Assembly (NCBI GenBank): GCA_964565035.1
Contig: CAZMCP010000007.1
Span: 3,748-67,747, forward strand
Reading direction: 5' to 3'
DNA: 64,000 nt
From: an uncultured Flavobacterium sp.
GTDB lineage: Bacteria > Bacteroidota > Bacteroidia > Flavobacteriales > Flavobacteriaceae
Part shown: piece by piece, positions 55,384 to 64,000 of the stretch
Layout of the letters: every line of letters begins with the position of its first letter
Position numbering within the stretch: the first letter of the stretch is position 1
Made by a program: the position numbers and the translations under genes
Notes under the pieces: model-generated
What the model saw: the letters and a program-made list of their open reading frames with translations, nothing else
Database searches by the model: none
What the model was told of the DNA's origin: nothing

Positions 55384-55893
55384 TTATTTCTTAGCTTTGA
55401 AAATAGGCACAGCTGAACAGGCCTCGCCATACATAACGCTCTTGGCGTAAATTTGTAGTTTTTGAATGGCTAAAATATAGGCCGTTTCAGGCACAGGTTT
55501 TTTAGAACATCCTTTTAAAATTACTGGCTTGTCTTGGTAAGAAGAAAAATCTATTTTAGCTAATTCAGACTCATAAATAGAGGTTTCTAAATCTGCAAGA
55601 TTACCAAGAACGACTTTTTTTGAAAAAGGTGCAACATACGATGCAACTAAAATACTTGCCCAAGCAGGTAATATAGCATCTGTAGAACAATAAACTGCAA
55701 CAAAATGATCTTGATATTGTGACCAATTGTGATTTTTTAAGTTTTCACGAAAATCTTTTTCTTTTAACAAAAAACCTTCAATAAGCCATTGCGAAATATC
55801 AATCTTAGAACGTACACCACTTTGGTAGTAATCTTCTAAATCGAAAACCACCAAAGCACTTGATGCAACCTTATTTATAATTTCTTCTTGCAT
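55384..55893 (-). CDS. DUF2480 family protein
   Basis: EIINKVA, DLEDYY, LKEKDFR, KGCS, YGEACSAVP. Confidence 0.9.
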   Translation of the reverse strand: MQEEIINKVASSALVVFDLEDYYQSGVRSKIDISQWLIEGFLLKEKDFRENLKNHNWSQYQDHFVAVYCSTDAILPAWASILVASYVAPFSKKVVLGNLADLETSIYESELAKIDFSSYQDKPVILKGCSKKPVPETAYILAIQKLQIYAKSVMYGEACSAVPIFKAKK

Positions 55894-55894
55894 T

Positions 55895-56218
55895 TTAAAG
55901 CATCCCTAATTCTAATTTAGCCTCCTCACTCATTAAATCTTTACTCCAAGGTGGATCAAAAGTAATTTCTACTTCACAAGATTTTACCTCGCCAATTTTT
56001 TCGATTTTTTCCTTTACTTCATTAGGTAATGTTTCAGCAACAGGACAATTTGGTGATGTTAATGTCATTAGGATTTTTACATCCATGTCTTCATTAACAT
56101 AAACATCATAAATTAATCCTAACTCGTAAATATCAACAGGAATTTCTGGGTCATAAATAGTTTTCAAAACTTTTACAACTTCTTCTCCTAAATTTATTGT
56201 ATCGTTAAATTCTTCCAT
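55895..56218 (-). CDS. DUF59/SufT-like Fe-S assembly protein
   Basis: YDPEIPVDIYELGLIY, MTLTSPNCP, FDPPW. Confidence 0.93.
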   Translation of the reverse strand: MEEFNDTINLGEEVVKVLKTIYDPEIPVDIYELGLIYDVYVNEDMDVKILMTLTSPNCPVAETLPNEVKEKIEKIGEVKSCEVEITFDPPWSKDLMSEEAKLELGML

Positions 56219-56222
56219 TGTT

Positions 56223-56642
56223 TTAATTTTTAGCCTGAAAAGCTAAGGCATACATTTTTATTTGTTTAATCATAGATACTAATCCGTTTGCTCGAGTTGG
56301 CGAAAGATGCTCTTTAAGACCAATTTCATCTATAAAATTAGTATTGGCATCAAGGATTTGTTTTGGTGTTTGGTTTGAAAAAGTTCTTATCAAAATAGCA
56401 ATAATCCCTTTTGTTAAAATTGCATCGCTATCTGCAGTAAAAACAACTTTATCTCCCTTTTGCTCAGCATGAACCCAAACTTTAGATTGGCACCCTTTTA
56501 TAATATTGTCTTCTGTTTTATATTGTTCATCAATTAATGGCAGTGATTTCCCTAACTCGATGATATACTCATATCGTTGCATCCAATCATCGAACATTGA
56601 AAACTCATCGACGATTTCTTCTTGAATTTCTTGAATTGTCAT
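56223..56642 (-). CDS. sufE: Cysteine desulfuration protein SufE
   Basis: DWMQRYEYIIELG, GCQSKVW, DSDA, LSPTRANGL. Confidence 0.95.
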   Translation of the reverse strand: MTIQEIQEEIVDEFSMFDDWMQRYEYIIELGKSLPLIDEQYKTEDNIIKGCQSKVWVHAEQKGDKVVFTADSDAILTKGIIAILIRTFSNQTPKQILDANTNFIDEIGLKEHLSPTRANGLVSMIKQIKMYALAFQAKN

Positions 56643-56655
56643 TCTATCTTATATT

Positions 56656-57204
56656 CTATTTTGTGTACGAAAGCAATTTGCTTATAAATTTCTCTATTTC
56701 AGCTGGTGGATTTCCGTGATCAAAATCTACAGTACTATGCTCTTTTCCGTTTTTAGCAATTTTTAAATTTGCCATAGCAGCACCATCATAGAAGCGTTTT
56801 TGTGTAGGATCTTTCAATCCTTCTAAACCTTCAACATTTATTGAAGCTAACAATTTGTTTAATTCATCCAATTGAGTTTTATTTAATTGAACCTCTTTGA
56901 AATTCTGAGAATCTCTTTCGTTTGTATACTTCAGCTTGTTATTAACAAAAACCAATTTTAAAAAATATCCTCTTGTATTAGCATTATATTCTACCATTGT
57001 AGTTTGTTCTTGAAGGTTATCTTTTAAATTACTTTGAGAAAAATCATTATTTCCTTCAGAGCTAACAACCAATGAACTATTATCATTTGTTTTTTCAGCT
57101 TCAACTTCTGTTTGTGATGAAGTATTTGATTCTGCAACTTCCTTTTTACATTTACACGATAGTAAAACAAACGCTAAAGCGCTTATAAATGCTAATTTTC
57201 TCAT
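56656..57204 (-). CDS. Hypothetical lipoprotein
   Basis: Lipobox LLSC; TRG, PTQKRFYDGA, FDHGNPP. Confidence 0.8.
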   Translation of the reverse strand: MRKLAFISALAFVLLSCKCKKEVAESNTSSQTEVEAEKTNDNSSLVVSSEGNNDFSQSNLKDNLQEQTTMVEYNANTRGYFLKLVFVNNKLKYTNERDSQNFKEVQLNKTQLDELNKLLASINVEGLEGLKDPTQKRFYDGAAMANLKIAKNGKEHSTVDFDHGNPPAEIEKFISKLLSYTK

Positions 57205-57216
57205 AGTTTTTAGTTT

Positions 57217-58431
57217 TTAAGACAACATTGTTTTAGCTTTTTTAACAGCATCAACAAAGGTATCAATTTCTTCTTTTGTATTATAAAACGAAAAACTTGC
57301 TCTTATGGTGCCTGGAATTTCGAAAAAATTCATGATAGGTTGAGCACAATGATGCCCTGTTCGAACTGCTATACCTAACTTATCAATTATTGTTCCAATG
57401 TCGTAAGGATGAATACCATCTATATTAAATGACACTACAGAAGTTTTATTTTTAGAAGTTCCAAAGATTTTTAAACCTTCTATTTCCAATAATTTCTCAG
57501 TAGCATAGGTTAATAATTCTTTTTCTTGCTTTTGAATGTTATCAAAACCAACTTGATTTAAGTAGTCGATAGCTGTCCCTAGAACAATTCCATCAGCTAT
57601 ATTAGGTGTTCCTGCTTCAAATTTGTGTGGCAAATCAGCATAAGTTGTTTTCTCAAAAGTCACTTCTTTGATCATTTCACCTCCACCCATATATGGTGGT
57701 AGTTTATTTAACCATTCTTCTTTTCCGTATAAAATTCCAACTCCAGTTGGACCACAAATTTTATGTCCTGAAAACACATAAAAATCACAATTCAAAGCTT
57801 GAACATCTGGTTTTAAATGTGGTGTAGCTTGCGCTCCATCAACTAAAACTGCTGCGCCAACCTTGTGCGCTTTTTCTATAATATATTCAATAGGATTAAT
57901 TGTTCCTAAAGCATTGGAAATATGATTTACCGCTACAATTTTTGTTTTCTCAGAAAGTAATCGGTCATATTCTGACATGATTAATTCTCCATTTTCATTC
58001 ATTGGAATTACGACCAACTTTGCTCCTGTTTTTTCACATAAAAACTGCCAAGGCACAATATTACTATGGTGCTCAACAGCAGAAACCATAACCTCATCAC
58101 CTTCTTTTACAAAAGAAGCCATGCCACTAGCCACTAAATTAATGCCTTGTGTTGTACCTGAAGTAAAAATAACTTCATACACTTCTTTAGCATTAATATG
58201 ATTTCTCACCTTTTCACGAGAAGCTTCATAAGCATCGGTTGCTAACTGGCTTAATGTATGTACACCTCTATGTATGTTAGCGTTTATTTCTTGATAGTAT
58301 TTTGTTATCGCATCAATAACCACTTTAGGCTTTTGTGAAGTGGCTCCGTTATCAAAATATATTAAAGGTTTTCCATTTACTTTTTGTTCTAAAATGGGAA
58401 AATCTGCTCTTATTTTTTGGATATCTAACAT
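57217..58431 (-). CDS. sufS: Cysteine desulfurase SufS
   Basis: DNGATSQKP, NIHRGVH, EHHSNIVPW, SGHK (PLP Lys), RTGHHCA; ATG at 58431; -7 element at 58458-58465. Confidence 0.96.
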   Translation of the reverse strand: MLDIQKIRADFPILEQKVNGKPLIYFDNGATSQKPKVVIDAITKYYQEINANIHRGVHTLSQLATDAYEASREKVRNHINAKEVYEVIFTSGTTQGINLVASGMASFVKEGDEVMVSAVEHHSNIVPWQFLCEKTGAKLVVIPMNENGELIMSEYDRLLSEKTKIVAVNHISNALGTINPIEYIIEKAHKVGAAVLVDGAQATPHLKPDVQALNCDFYVFSGHKICGPTGVGILYGKEEWLNKLPPYMGGGEMIKEVTFEKTTYADLPHKFEAGTPNIADGIVLGTAIDYLNQVGFDNIQKQEKELLTYATEKLLEIEGLKIFGTSKNKTSVVSFNIDGIHPYDIGTIIDKLGIAVRTGHHCAQPIMNFFEIPGTIRASFSFYNTKEEIDTFVDAVKKAKTMLS

Positions 58432-58557
58432 TTTATTATTTAGATTTTTTCTAAATACAAAAGTAGTTATTTGACCACGAATAGAAGAATTATTTAATAA
58501 ATCTTTTTTATGCATTGATAGCTATTTCCTAAATTGCATCAATCTAATTTCCTCACT

Positions 58558-59901
58558 ATGAAAAAGATCTTTCGTTTTTTAGGCCTTGTTATTTTAGCTG
58601 CCATTATTTATGTAGGGTTTGACACCTATCCAAAACTTGAATTGATTTCGGGTTTTTCTTCAAAAAGTGTTGCCTCAGGTCATTTTATAGATAATCGCAC
58701 ATTGGAAGTAATAGAAAAAGGAGATAATGATATAGAACTTATTGACTTAGCAGATAACGAAATTAATCAAAAGGGGAAATATGCCCAAGCCTCTGTTTAT
58801 GGTCTAAAAACAAGAAAAGCTATTTATAGAGAAGGATTGGGCGCGGTATTAGTCAATGATGATTATAATGAATCTGAACCTTTCTTGGCCCCTAAAAGGA
58901 ATTTTACAATAGATAAGTCAAAACCTTTTCCTTATGGTGATGGTGAACCTGTAAAATCTAACGTTATTACTATTGATTACAACAAACTTAATAAAGCTAT
59001 AAACGAAGCTTTTGAACCTAATGATAAAGGTAAAAAATGTACAAGAGCTATTGTTGTAGTTTATAAAGACCAAATTATAGCCGAAAAATATGCACCAGGA
59101 TTCACTAAAAATTCAAGATTATTGGGATGGTCTATGACTAAAAGCATCACTTCAACTTTATTTGGAATACTTCAAAAACAAGGAAGACTAAATGTAAATC
59201 AACCTGCTCCAATTGTTGAATGGGCAAACGATGAAAGAAAAAACATTACTATTCATAATTTATTACAAATGAATTCAGGTTTAGAATGGGATGAAGATTA
59301 TGGGAAGATATCTGATGTTACCAAAATGCTTTTTCAAGAAAGCGATATGACTAAATCTCAAATCAACAAACCTTTAATAGGAAAACCGAATGCAACTTGG
59401 AACTATTCTTCAGGAACCACTAATTTATTGTCAGGAATTCTACGTAAGCAATTTAAAACACATCAAGAATATTTGGATTTTTGGTATAGTGCATTAATTG
59501 ATAAAATTGGTATGCATTCCATGCTAGTTGAAGCAGACTTAAAAGGAAACTATATAGGTTCATCTTATGCTTGGGCCAATGCTCGTGATTGGGCTAAATT
59601 TGGATTACTATACTTACATAATGGGAGTTGGAATGGTGAACAACTATTTGATTCCAATTGGACAAAATATGTCTCAACACCTACCCCTACTTCAAATAAT
59701 CAGTATGGAGCACAATTTTGGCTAAATGCTGGTGGAGCTATGCCAGATTGCCCAAAAGATATTTATTATGCCGATGGCTTTCAAGGCCAACGTGTATTCA
59801 TTATACCATCACATGATATGGTAATAGTTCGGTTAGGTTACGATCATATTGATTTGAATAAAATGATAAAAGAAATTTTAGAAAGTTTAAAAAAACAATA
59901 A
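58558..59901 (+). CDS. Serine hydrolase (beta-lactamase-like)
   Basis: SMTK (SxxK), LLQMNSG, WNYSSG, GFQGQ. Confidence 0.9.
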   Translation: MKKIFRFLGLVILAAIIYVGFDTYPKLELISGFSSKSVASGHFIDNRTLEVIEKGDNDIELIDLADNEINQKGKYAQASVYGLKTRKAIYREGLGAVLVNDDYNESEPFLAPKRNFTIDKSKPFPYGDGEPVKSNVITIDYNKLNKAINEAFEPNDKGKKCTRAIVVVYKDQIIAEKYAPGFTKNSRLLGWSMTKSITSTLFGILQKQGRLNVNQPAPIVEWANDERKNITIHNLLQMNSGLEWDEDYGKISDVTKMLFQESDMTKSQINKPLIGKPNATWNYSSGTTNLLSGILRKQFKTHQEYLDFWYSALIDKIGMHSMLVEADLKGNYIGSSYAWANARDWAKFGLLYLHNGSWNGEQLFDSNWTKYVSTPTPTSNNQYGAQFWLNAGGAMPDCPKDIYYADGFQGQRVFIIPSHDMVIVRLGYDHIDLNKMIKEILESLKKQ

Positions 59902-59931
59902 AAAAGCCGCTCAATGAGCGGCTTTTTTATT
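59901..59931. terminator. Terminator, copy 1 of a 31-bp direct repeat
   Basis: aaaaagccgctcaatgagcggcttttttatt. Confidence 0.85.
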
Positions 59932-60230
59932 GCAAAGTACTTGAATGCTATTAACTATAAACAATATGCTGAAATAAAATTATCTTCAAATTCAATACTT
60001 TTTTAATTAATAAATGTTGATTGAGAAAATTGTAACCTACTGATTTTGAATTAATCAATAAATTTAAAATTGTGTTTTGTTAAAAAAAACACTTTAAATT
60101 ATTAATTATTAACTTTTAGTGGTGTTTTTTTATTAATTGTTAAATATGTAAGAAAAAGTTTATAAATTATTATGCCCGCATAATAAAAAAATTTATTTTT
60201 ATAACATAAACAATTAAAAACAAACAAATT

Positions 60231-61376
60231 ATGAAAAAAAATTTTTTTACAATGCTTTGCATTTTATTCCTTTGCTTTGAAGGAATATCACAAAACTACC
60301 GTGTAGTTTCCTTCTCTAAAACATTTAAAGACAGCAGAAGAAGTAACAGAAGTGTAGCCACAAAAATTTACTATCCTGTTAGTACCGTTTCAAATCAACC
60401 AAATGTACCTTTTCCGGTTATTGTTCTTGGTCATGGATTTGTAATGGGTTCTGATGCTTATCAAAATTTTTACGATAATTTAGTACCAAGAGGATATATT
60501 GTAGTTTTTGTAAATACTGAAGGAAGTGTTTTTGCAAATCACGATGCTTATTCAAAAGATTTGGCTTTTATGGTTGGCGCCATACAGGCAGAAAACACAA
60601 ATGCTAGTTCTGTACTTTATGGAAAAGTTGCAAACAAAAGTGCTTTATTGGGTCATTCAATGGGTGGTGGCGCTGCAACAGTAGCTGCTTCATTAACACA
60701 AGTAGAAACACTTGTAACTTTTGCTCCGGCTCAATTGCGATTTAACACACTCACTCCAGCATCGAATGTAACAGAAGAATCTATAGTTTTTTCAGGAACT
60801 AGTGATGGAGTTACTCCTCCATCTGAAAATCATTTACCAATTTACAATAACCTAGGATCAACTTGTAAATATTTCATAAGTATAACAGGTGGAGCGCATT
60901 GTTATTTTGCTAATCCAAATTCAGCATGTGATTTTGGTGAAAGAACCTCGTCAAATAATATTCAAATCACAAGAGCGCAACAACATCAAACAACTTTTAG
61001 ATTTCTAAACTCTTGGCTTGATTATAAATTAAAAGGAGATCTTACAGCGAAACAAATATTTGCTAATGACTTAGTTGCATCAGTGGGTATAACTTACTTA
61101 AATGGATGTAGTCAAAATACATTAGACACATCTGTTTCTAAACAGCAAGCTTATGAAATCGAACTGTATCCTAATCCAACACTTAATGATGTTTATATTA
61201 AAACCACAAAGGAAGAATTATTTGAAAAAGCTGATTTTTACAACGAATACGGCCAACTTCTTTTAACTTCAAAGAAAGATAAAGTTGATGTTTCTACATT
61301 ACAATCTGGTCAATATATAGTGAAAATTTATACCAAAAATGGTGTTGCTAGTAAAAGAATGATTATTCAAAAATAA
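60231..61376 (+). CDS. Secreted alpha/beta hydrolase (chlorophyllase/cutinase-like) with T9SS type A sorting domain
   Basis: GHGF, GHSMGGG (Ser), GTSDGV (Asp), GGAH (His), terminal LYPNP...GQYIVKI..KRMI. Confidence 0.88.
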   Translation: MKKNFFTMLCILFLCFEGISQNYRVVSFSKTFKDSRRSNRSVATKIYYPVSTVSNQPNVPFPVIVLGHGFVMGSDAYQNFYDNLVPRGYIVVFVNTEGSVFANHDAYSKDLAFMVGAIQAENTNASSVLYGKVANKSALLGHSMGGGAATVAASLTQVETLVTFAPAQLRFNTLTPASNVTEESIVFSGTSDGVTPPSENHLPIYNNLGSTCKYFISITGGAHCYFANPNSACDFGERTSSNNIQITRAQQHQTTFRFLNSWLDYKLKGDLTAKQIFANDLVASVGITYLNGCSQNTLDTSVSKQQAYEIELYPNPTLNDVYIKTTKEELFEKADFYNEYGQLLLTSKKDKVDVSTLQSGQYIVKIYTKNGVASKRMIIQK

Positions 61377-61416
61377 ACCTACTTAAATCCTTCATGCACG
61401 GTTTATTCTTTAAACC

Positions 61417-61447
61417 AAAAAGCCGCTCAATGAGCGGCTTTTTTATT
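61417..61447. terminator. Bidirectional terminator, copy 2 of the 31-bp direct repeat
   Basis: Identical to 59901-59931; abuts the sufD stop codon. Confidence 0.85.
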
Positions 61448-62762
61448 ATAAATCAAATCCCATATTCACACCCAACTTAGTGGCGATAATTTTTGCGATT
61501 TTTGATTTTAGTTCTGGTATTTTAATACTTGAGGTTACTTCACTAGTAAAAGCATACATCAGTAAAGCTTTAGCTTCCTTTTTAGGAATACCGCGTTGTT
61601 GCATATAGAACATTGCACTATCGTCTAACTGACCTATTGTACATCCATGAGAACACTTTACATCGTCAGCAAAAATCTCTAATTGTGGTTTAGCATTAAT
61701 CGTTGCTTTATCACTCAATAAAATGTTATTGTTTTGTTGAAAAGCATCCGTTTTTTGTGCTTCTTTCTCCACGAAAATTTTTCCGTTAAAGACACCTGTT
61801 GAATTTCCGTCTAAAATTGTCTTATAATTTTGGTGGCTCTCACAATTTGGTGTAGCATGGTTTACTAGAGTATAGTGATCCACATGTTGCTTATCACCAA
61901 TAATGGTAATACCCTTTAACGTAGAATCAATTCTTTCGCCTTGATGGTAGAAATTTAGATTGTTTCTAGTGATATTTCCTCCAAAAGAGAAGGTATGTAC
62001 TGAGACTCTACTTTCTTGTTTTTGTGCAATATACGTATTATCTATCAAGTTAGCCGTTTGTACATCATTCTGGATTTTATAATAATCGACTATAGCACGT
62101 TTTTGGGCAAAAATTTCGGTAACAGAATTAGTCAACACCGGATTTTCATTCAAACTTTGATGACGTTCTATAATTTGCACATGAGCATTTTCACCCACAA
62201 CAACTAAATTACGTGGTTGTACCATAAGTGCTGCTTCATTACCTGTAGAAAAATAGATTATTTCAATAGGTTTTTCTACAACTTTACTTTTTGGGATATT
62301 AATATATGCCCCTTCGTAAGCAAAAGCAGTATTTAACGATGTTAAACTATCTTCTTTATTAGCAATTTGATTAAAATAATTATCAATCACCATTTTGTAT
62401 TTAGGTTTAGTTAATGCCGAAGACATTAAACAAACATCTAATCCGTCGTGGGTAGTAGAAGATAAAAAAGTACTAAAAACCCCATCAATAAAGATCACTT
62501 TATAAGTGTCTACATCGTTGATAAAGTATTTTTTTACATCTTTAATTTCAATGGCACTCTCCTTTTTAGGAAAAATACTGAAATCATTTTTTAAGACCGC
62601 ATTAAGCGAAGTGTATTTCCAAGCCTCCTCTTTTTTAGAAGGGAAACCTTTTGTTTCAAAATTCTTTAAGGCAGAAGTTCTCAAGTCATGCAACTCGGTA
62701 GCTACATCAACTTTTTCTTCAAAAGCCATAAAGGATGAGATCAATTTTTCTTTCAACTCCAT
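61446..62762 (-). CDS. sufD: Fe-S cluster assembly protein SufD
   Basis: EAWKYT, LNTAF, GVFNGKI, KPQLEIFADDVKCSHG; ATG at 62762. Confidence 0.96.
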   Translation of the reverse strand: MELKEKLISSFMAFEEKVDVATELHDLRTSALKNFETKGFPSKKEEAWKYTSLNAVLKNDFSIFPKKESAIEIKDVKKYFINDVDTYKVIFIDGVFSTFLSSTTHDGLDVCLMSSALTKPKYKMVIDNYFNQIANKEDSLTSLNTAFAYEGAYINIPKSKVVEKPIEIIYFSTGNEAALMVQPRNLVVVGENAHVQIIERHQSLNENPVLTNSVTEIFAQKRAIVDYYKIQNDVQTANLIDNTYIAQKQESRVSVHTFSFGGNITRNNLNFYHQGERIDSTLKGITIIGDKQHVDHYTLVNHATPNCESHQNYKTILDGNSTGVFNGKIFVEKEAQKTDAFQQNNNILLSDKATINAKPQLEIFADDVKCSHGCTIGQLDDSAMFYMQQRGIPKKEAKALLMYAFTSEVTSSIKIPELKSKIAKIIATKLGVNMGFDL

Positions 62763-62763
62763 T

Positions 62764-63516
62764 TTAAGCCTCTTGTTCTTGTTTAATCCAATCGTATCCT
62801 TTTTCTTCCAACTGTAAAGCCAATGAAGCATCTCCTGATTTCACAATTTTTCCGTCCATTAATACATGAACAAAGTCAGGAATGATATAATCTAACAAAC
62901 GTTGGTAGTGCGTAATTACTAAAACAGCATTGTTTTCATTCTTCAATTTATTAACTCCATTCGCTACAATACGAAGTGCATCAATATCAAGACCAGAATC
63001 TGTTTCATCAAGAATAGCAATTTTAGGCTCTAACATCGCCATTTGGAAAATCTCGTTACGTTTCTTTTCACCTCCCGAAAAACCTTCGTTTAATGAACGA
63101 GAAAGAAATTTTCTGTCCATTTCTAACAGCTCTGATTTTTCACGAATTTTCTTCAACATTTCATTAGCAGGCATTTCTTCTTCACCATTTGCTTTACGCT
63201 TTTCGTTGATAGCTGTTTTGATAAAGTTAGTTACCGAAACTCCAGGGATTTCTACTGGATATTGAAAGGAAAGGAAAACACCTTTATGTGCTCTCTCCTC
63301 TGGAGCTAATTCAGATATATCTTCTCCTTCAAGGAATATTTCTCCTTCAGAAACTTCATAATTTTCGTTACCTGCAATGATAGACGAAAGCGTTGATTTT
63401 CCTGCTCCATTAGGCCCCATAATTGCATGAACTTCTCCGGCCTTAATCTCAAGGTTGATCCCTTTTAATATTTCTTTGTCCTCAACTGAGGCATGTAAAT
63501 TCGATATTTTTAACAT
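62764..63516 (-). CDS. sufC: Fe-S cluster assembly ATPase SufC
   Basis: [46 protein letters not shown]. Confidence 0.97.
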   Translation of the reverse strand: MLKISNLHASVEDKEILKGINLEIKAGEVHAIMGPNGAGKSTLSSIIAGNENYEVSEGEIFLEGEDISELAPEERAHKGVFLSFQYPVEIPGVSVTNFIKTAINEKRKANGEEEMPANEMLKKIREKSELLEMDRKFLSRSLNEGFSGGEKKRNEIFQMAMLEPKIAILDETDSGLDIDALRIVANGVNKLKNENNAVLVITHYQRLLDYIIPDFVHVLMDGKIVKSGDASLALQLEEKGYDWIKQEQEA

Positions 63517-63526
63517 CGTCCTATAT

Positions 63527-64000
63527 TTATATAAAATCTATTTCTATTTTTTCTAATTCCTCAGAAGCATCTGCATTAAAATGTTTTTGCCCTACATAGC
63601 TCATTCCTAAATACTCAGCCGATTTTTGAAATGGGAGATAAAAATTATAATCCAAATCCTTTTCAAAATCGTGTGAATTTGAAATTACACCAAACTCTTT
63701 ACCTCTTAATCGCCGACCCCAATCTTTTTCAATTCGGATTAAATCAGAAAAACGGTCAAAAAAAACTTTCATCACACCGCTCATTGAATACCAATAAATA
63801 GGTGTAGCAAAAATAAGAGTTTCGTATTTTTCTATAATTCCCTTCATCAAAGGAAGAAAATCATCATTTTTATTTTTACTCTCGTAATCGTAGTACGAAA
63901 AATTATAATCTCCTAAATTGATAACATCAACATCGTACTGCTGAGCTATAGCATCAACTATCATTGTGGTGTTCCCGTTTTTACGTGAAGAACCCACAAT
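63527..64000 (-). CDS. Flavodoxin-like / NADPH-dependent FMN reductase family protein (start lies beyond the window)
   Basis: GSSRKNGNT and [19 protein letters not shown] motifs. Confidence 0.88.
   Translation of the reverse strand: MVGSSRKNGNTTMIVDAIAQQYDVDVINLGDYNFSYYDYESKNKNDDFLPLMKGIIEKYETLIFATPIYWYSMSGVMKVFFDRFSDLIRIEKDWGRRLRGKEFGVISNSHDFEKDLDYNFYLPFQKSAEYLGMSYVGQKHFNADASEELEKIEIDFI

Noticed and set aside
59932-60230. Long AT-rich intergenic regions (also 44344-44569) as possible ncRNA or riboswitch
   Set aside because: No conserved structure or known motif recognisable by eye
13448-62831. N-terminal extensions in ORF-track calls (cvpA, batC, DUF6646-like, type B cargo, sufS, serine hydrolase, sufD)
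   Set aside because: Downstream ATGs fit signal peptides, promoter positions or family N-termini better, so the starts were trimmed
554-63265. Many short overlapping or antisense ORFs in the track (for example 554-859, 3252-3698, 7127-7462, 16659-16979, 20135-20467, 62930-63265)
   Set aside because: They are shadows of well-supported genes and show no recognisable motifs or independent expression signals

Overview
AT-rich window from a Flavobacteriaceae (Flavobacterium-like) chromosome; the taxon is inferred from gene content, T9SS cargo and TAnnTTTG promoters. Housekeeping blocks: yicC-gmk-nadD, gpsA, pheS, the moxR-DUF58-batABCDE operon, hflX and the suf cluster. These are interspersed with T9SS cargo genes (one split by a single in-frame TAA), a type-B cargo/PorP/PorE trio and a nuclease-TonB receptor-lipoprotein divergon that may scavenge extracellular nucleic acids. 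The most striking element is a four-gene minus-strand module at 26.2-29.8 kb: a small Pro-rich lipoprotein, a TPR-sensor histidine kinase, a LuxR-type response regulator and a small membrane protein. Its two predicted promoters share a 26-bp sequence (24/26 identical) with a TACGGT-N3-ACCGTA palindrome centred 30 bp from each -7 element, which looks like a peptide-sensing autoinduction circuit. Several small repeat families are also present (REP-like palindromes, a MITE-like element, inverted heptamer arrays, a 31-bp duplicated terminator). No rRNA, tRNA, CRISPR array or transposase was recognised. All calls are by eye from the sequence and ORF track; no database searches were run.
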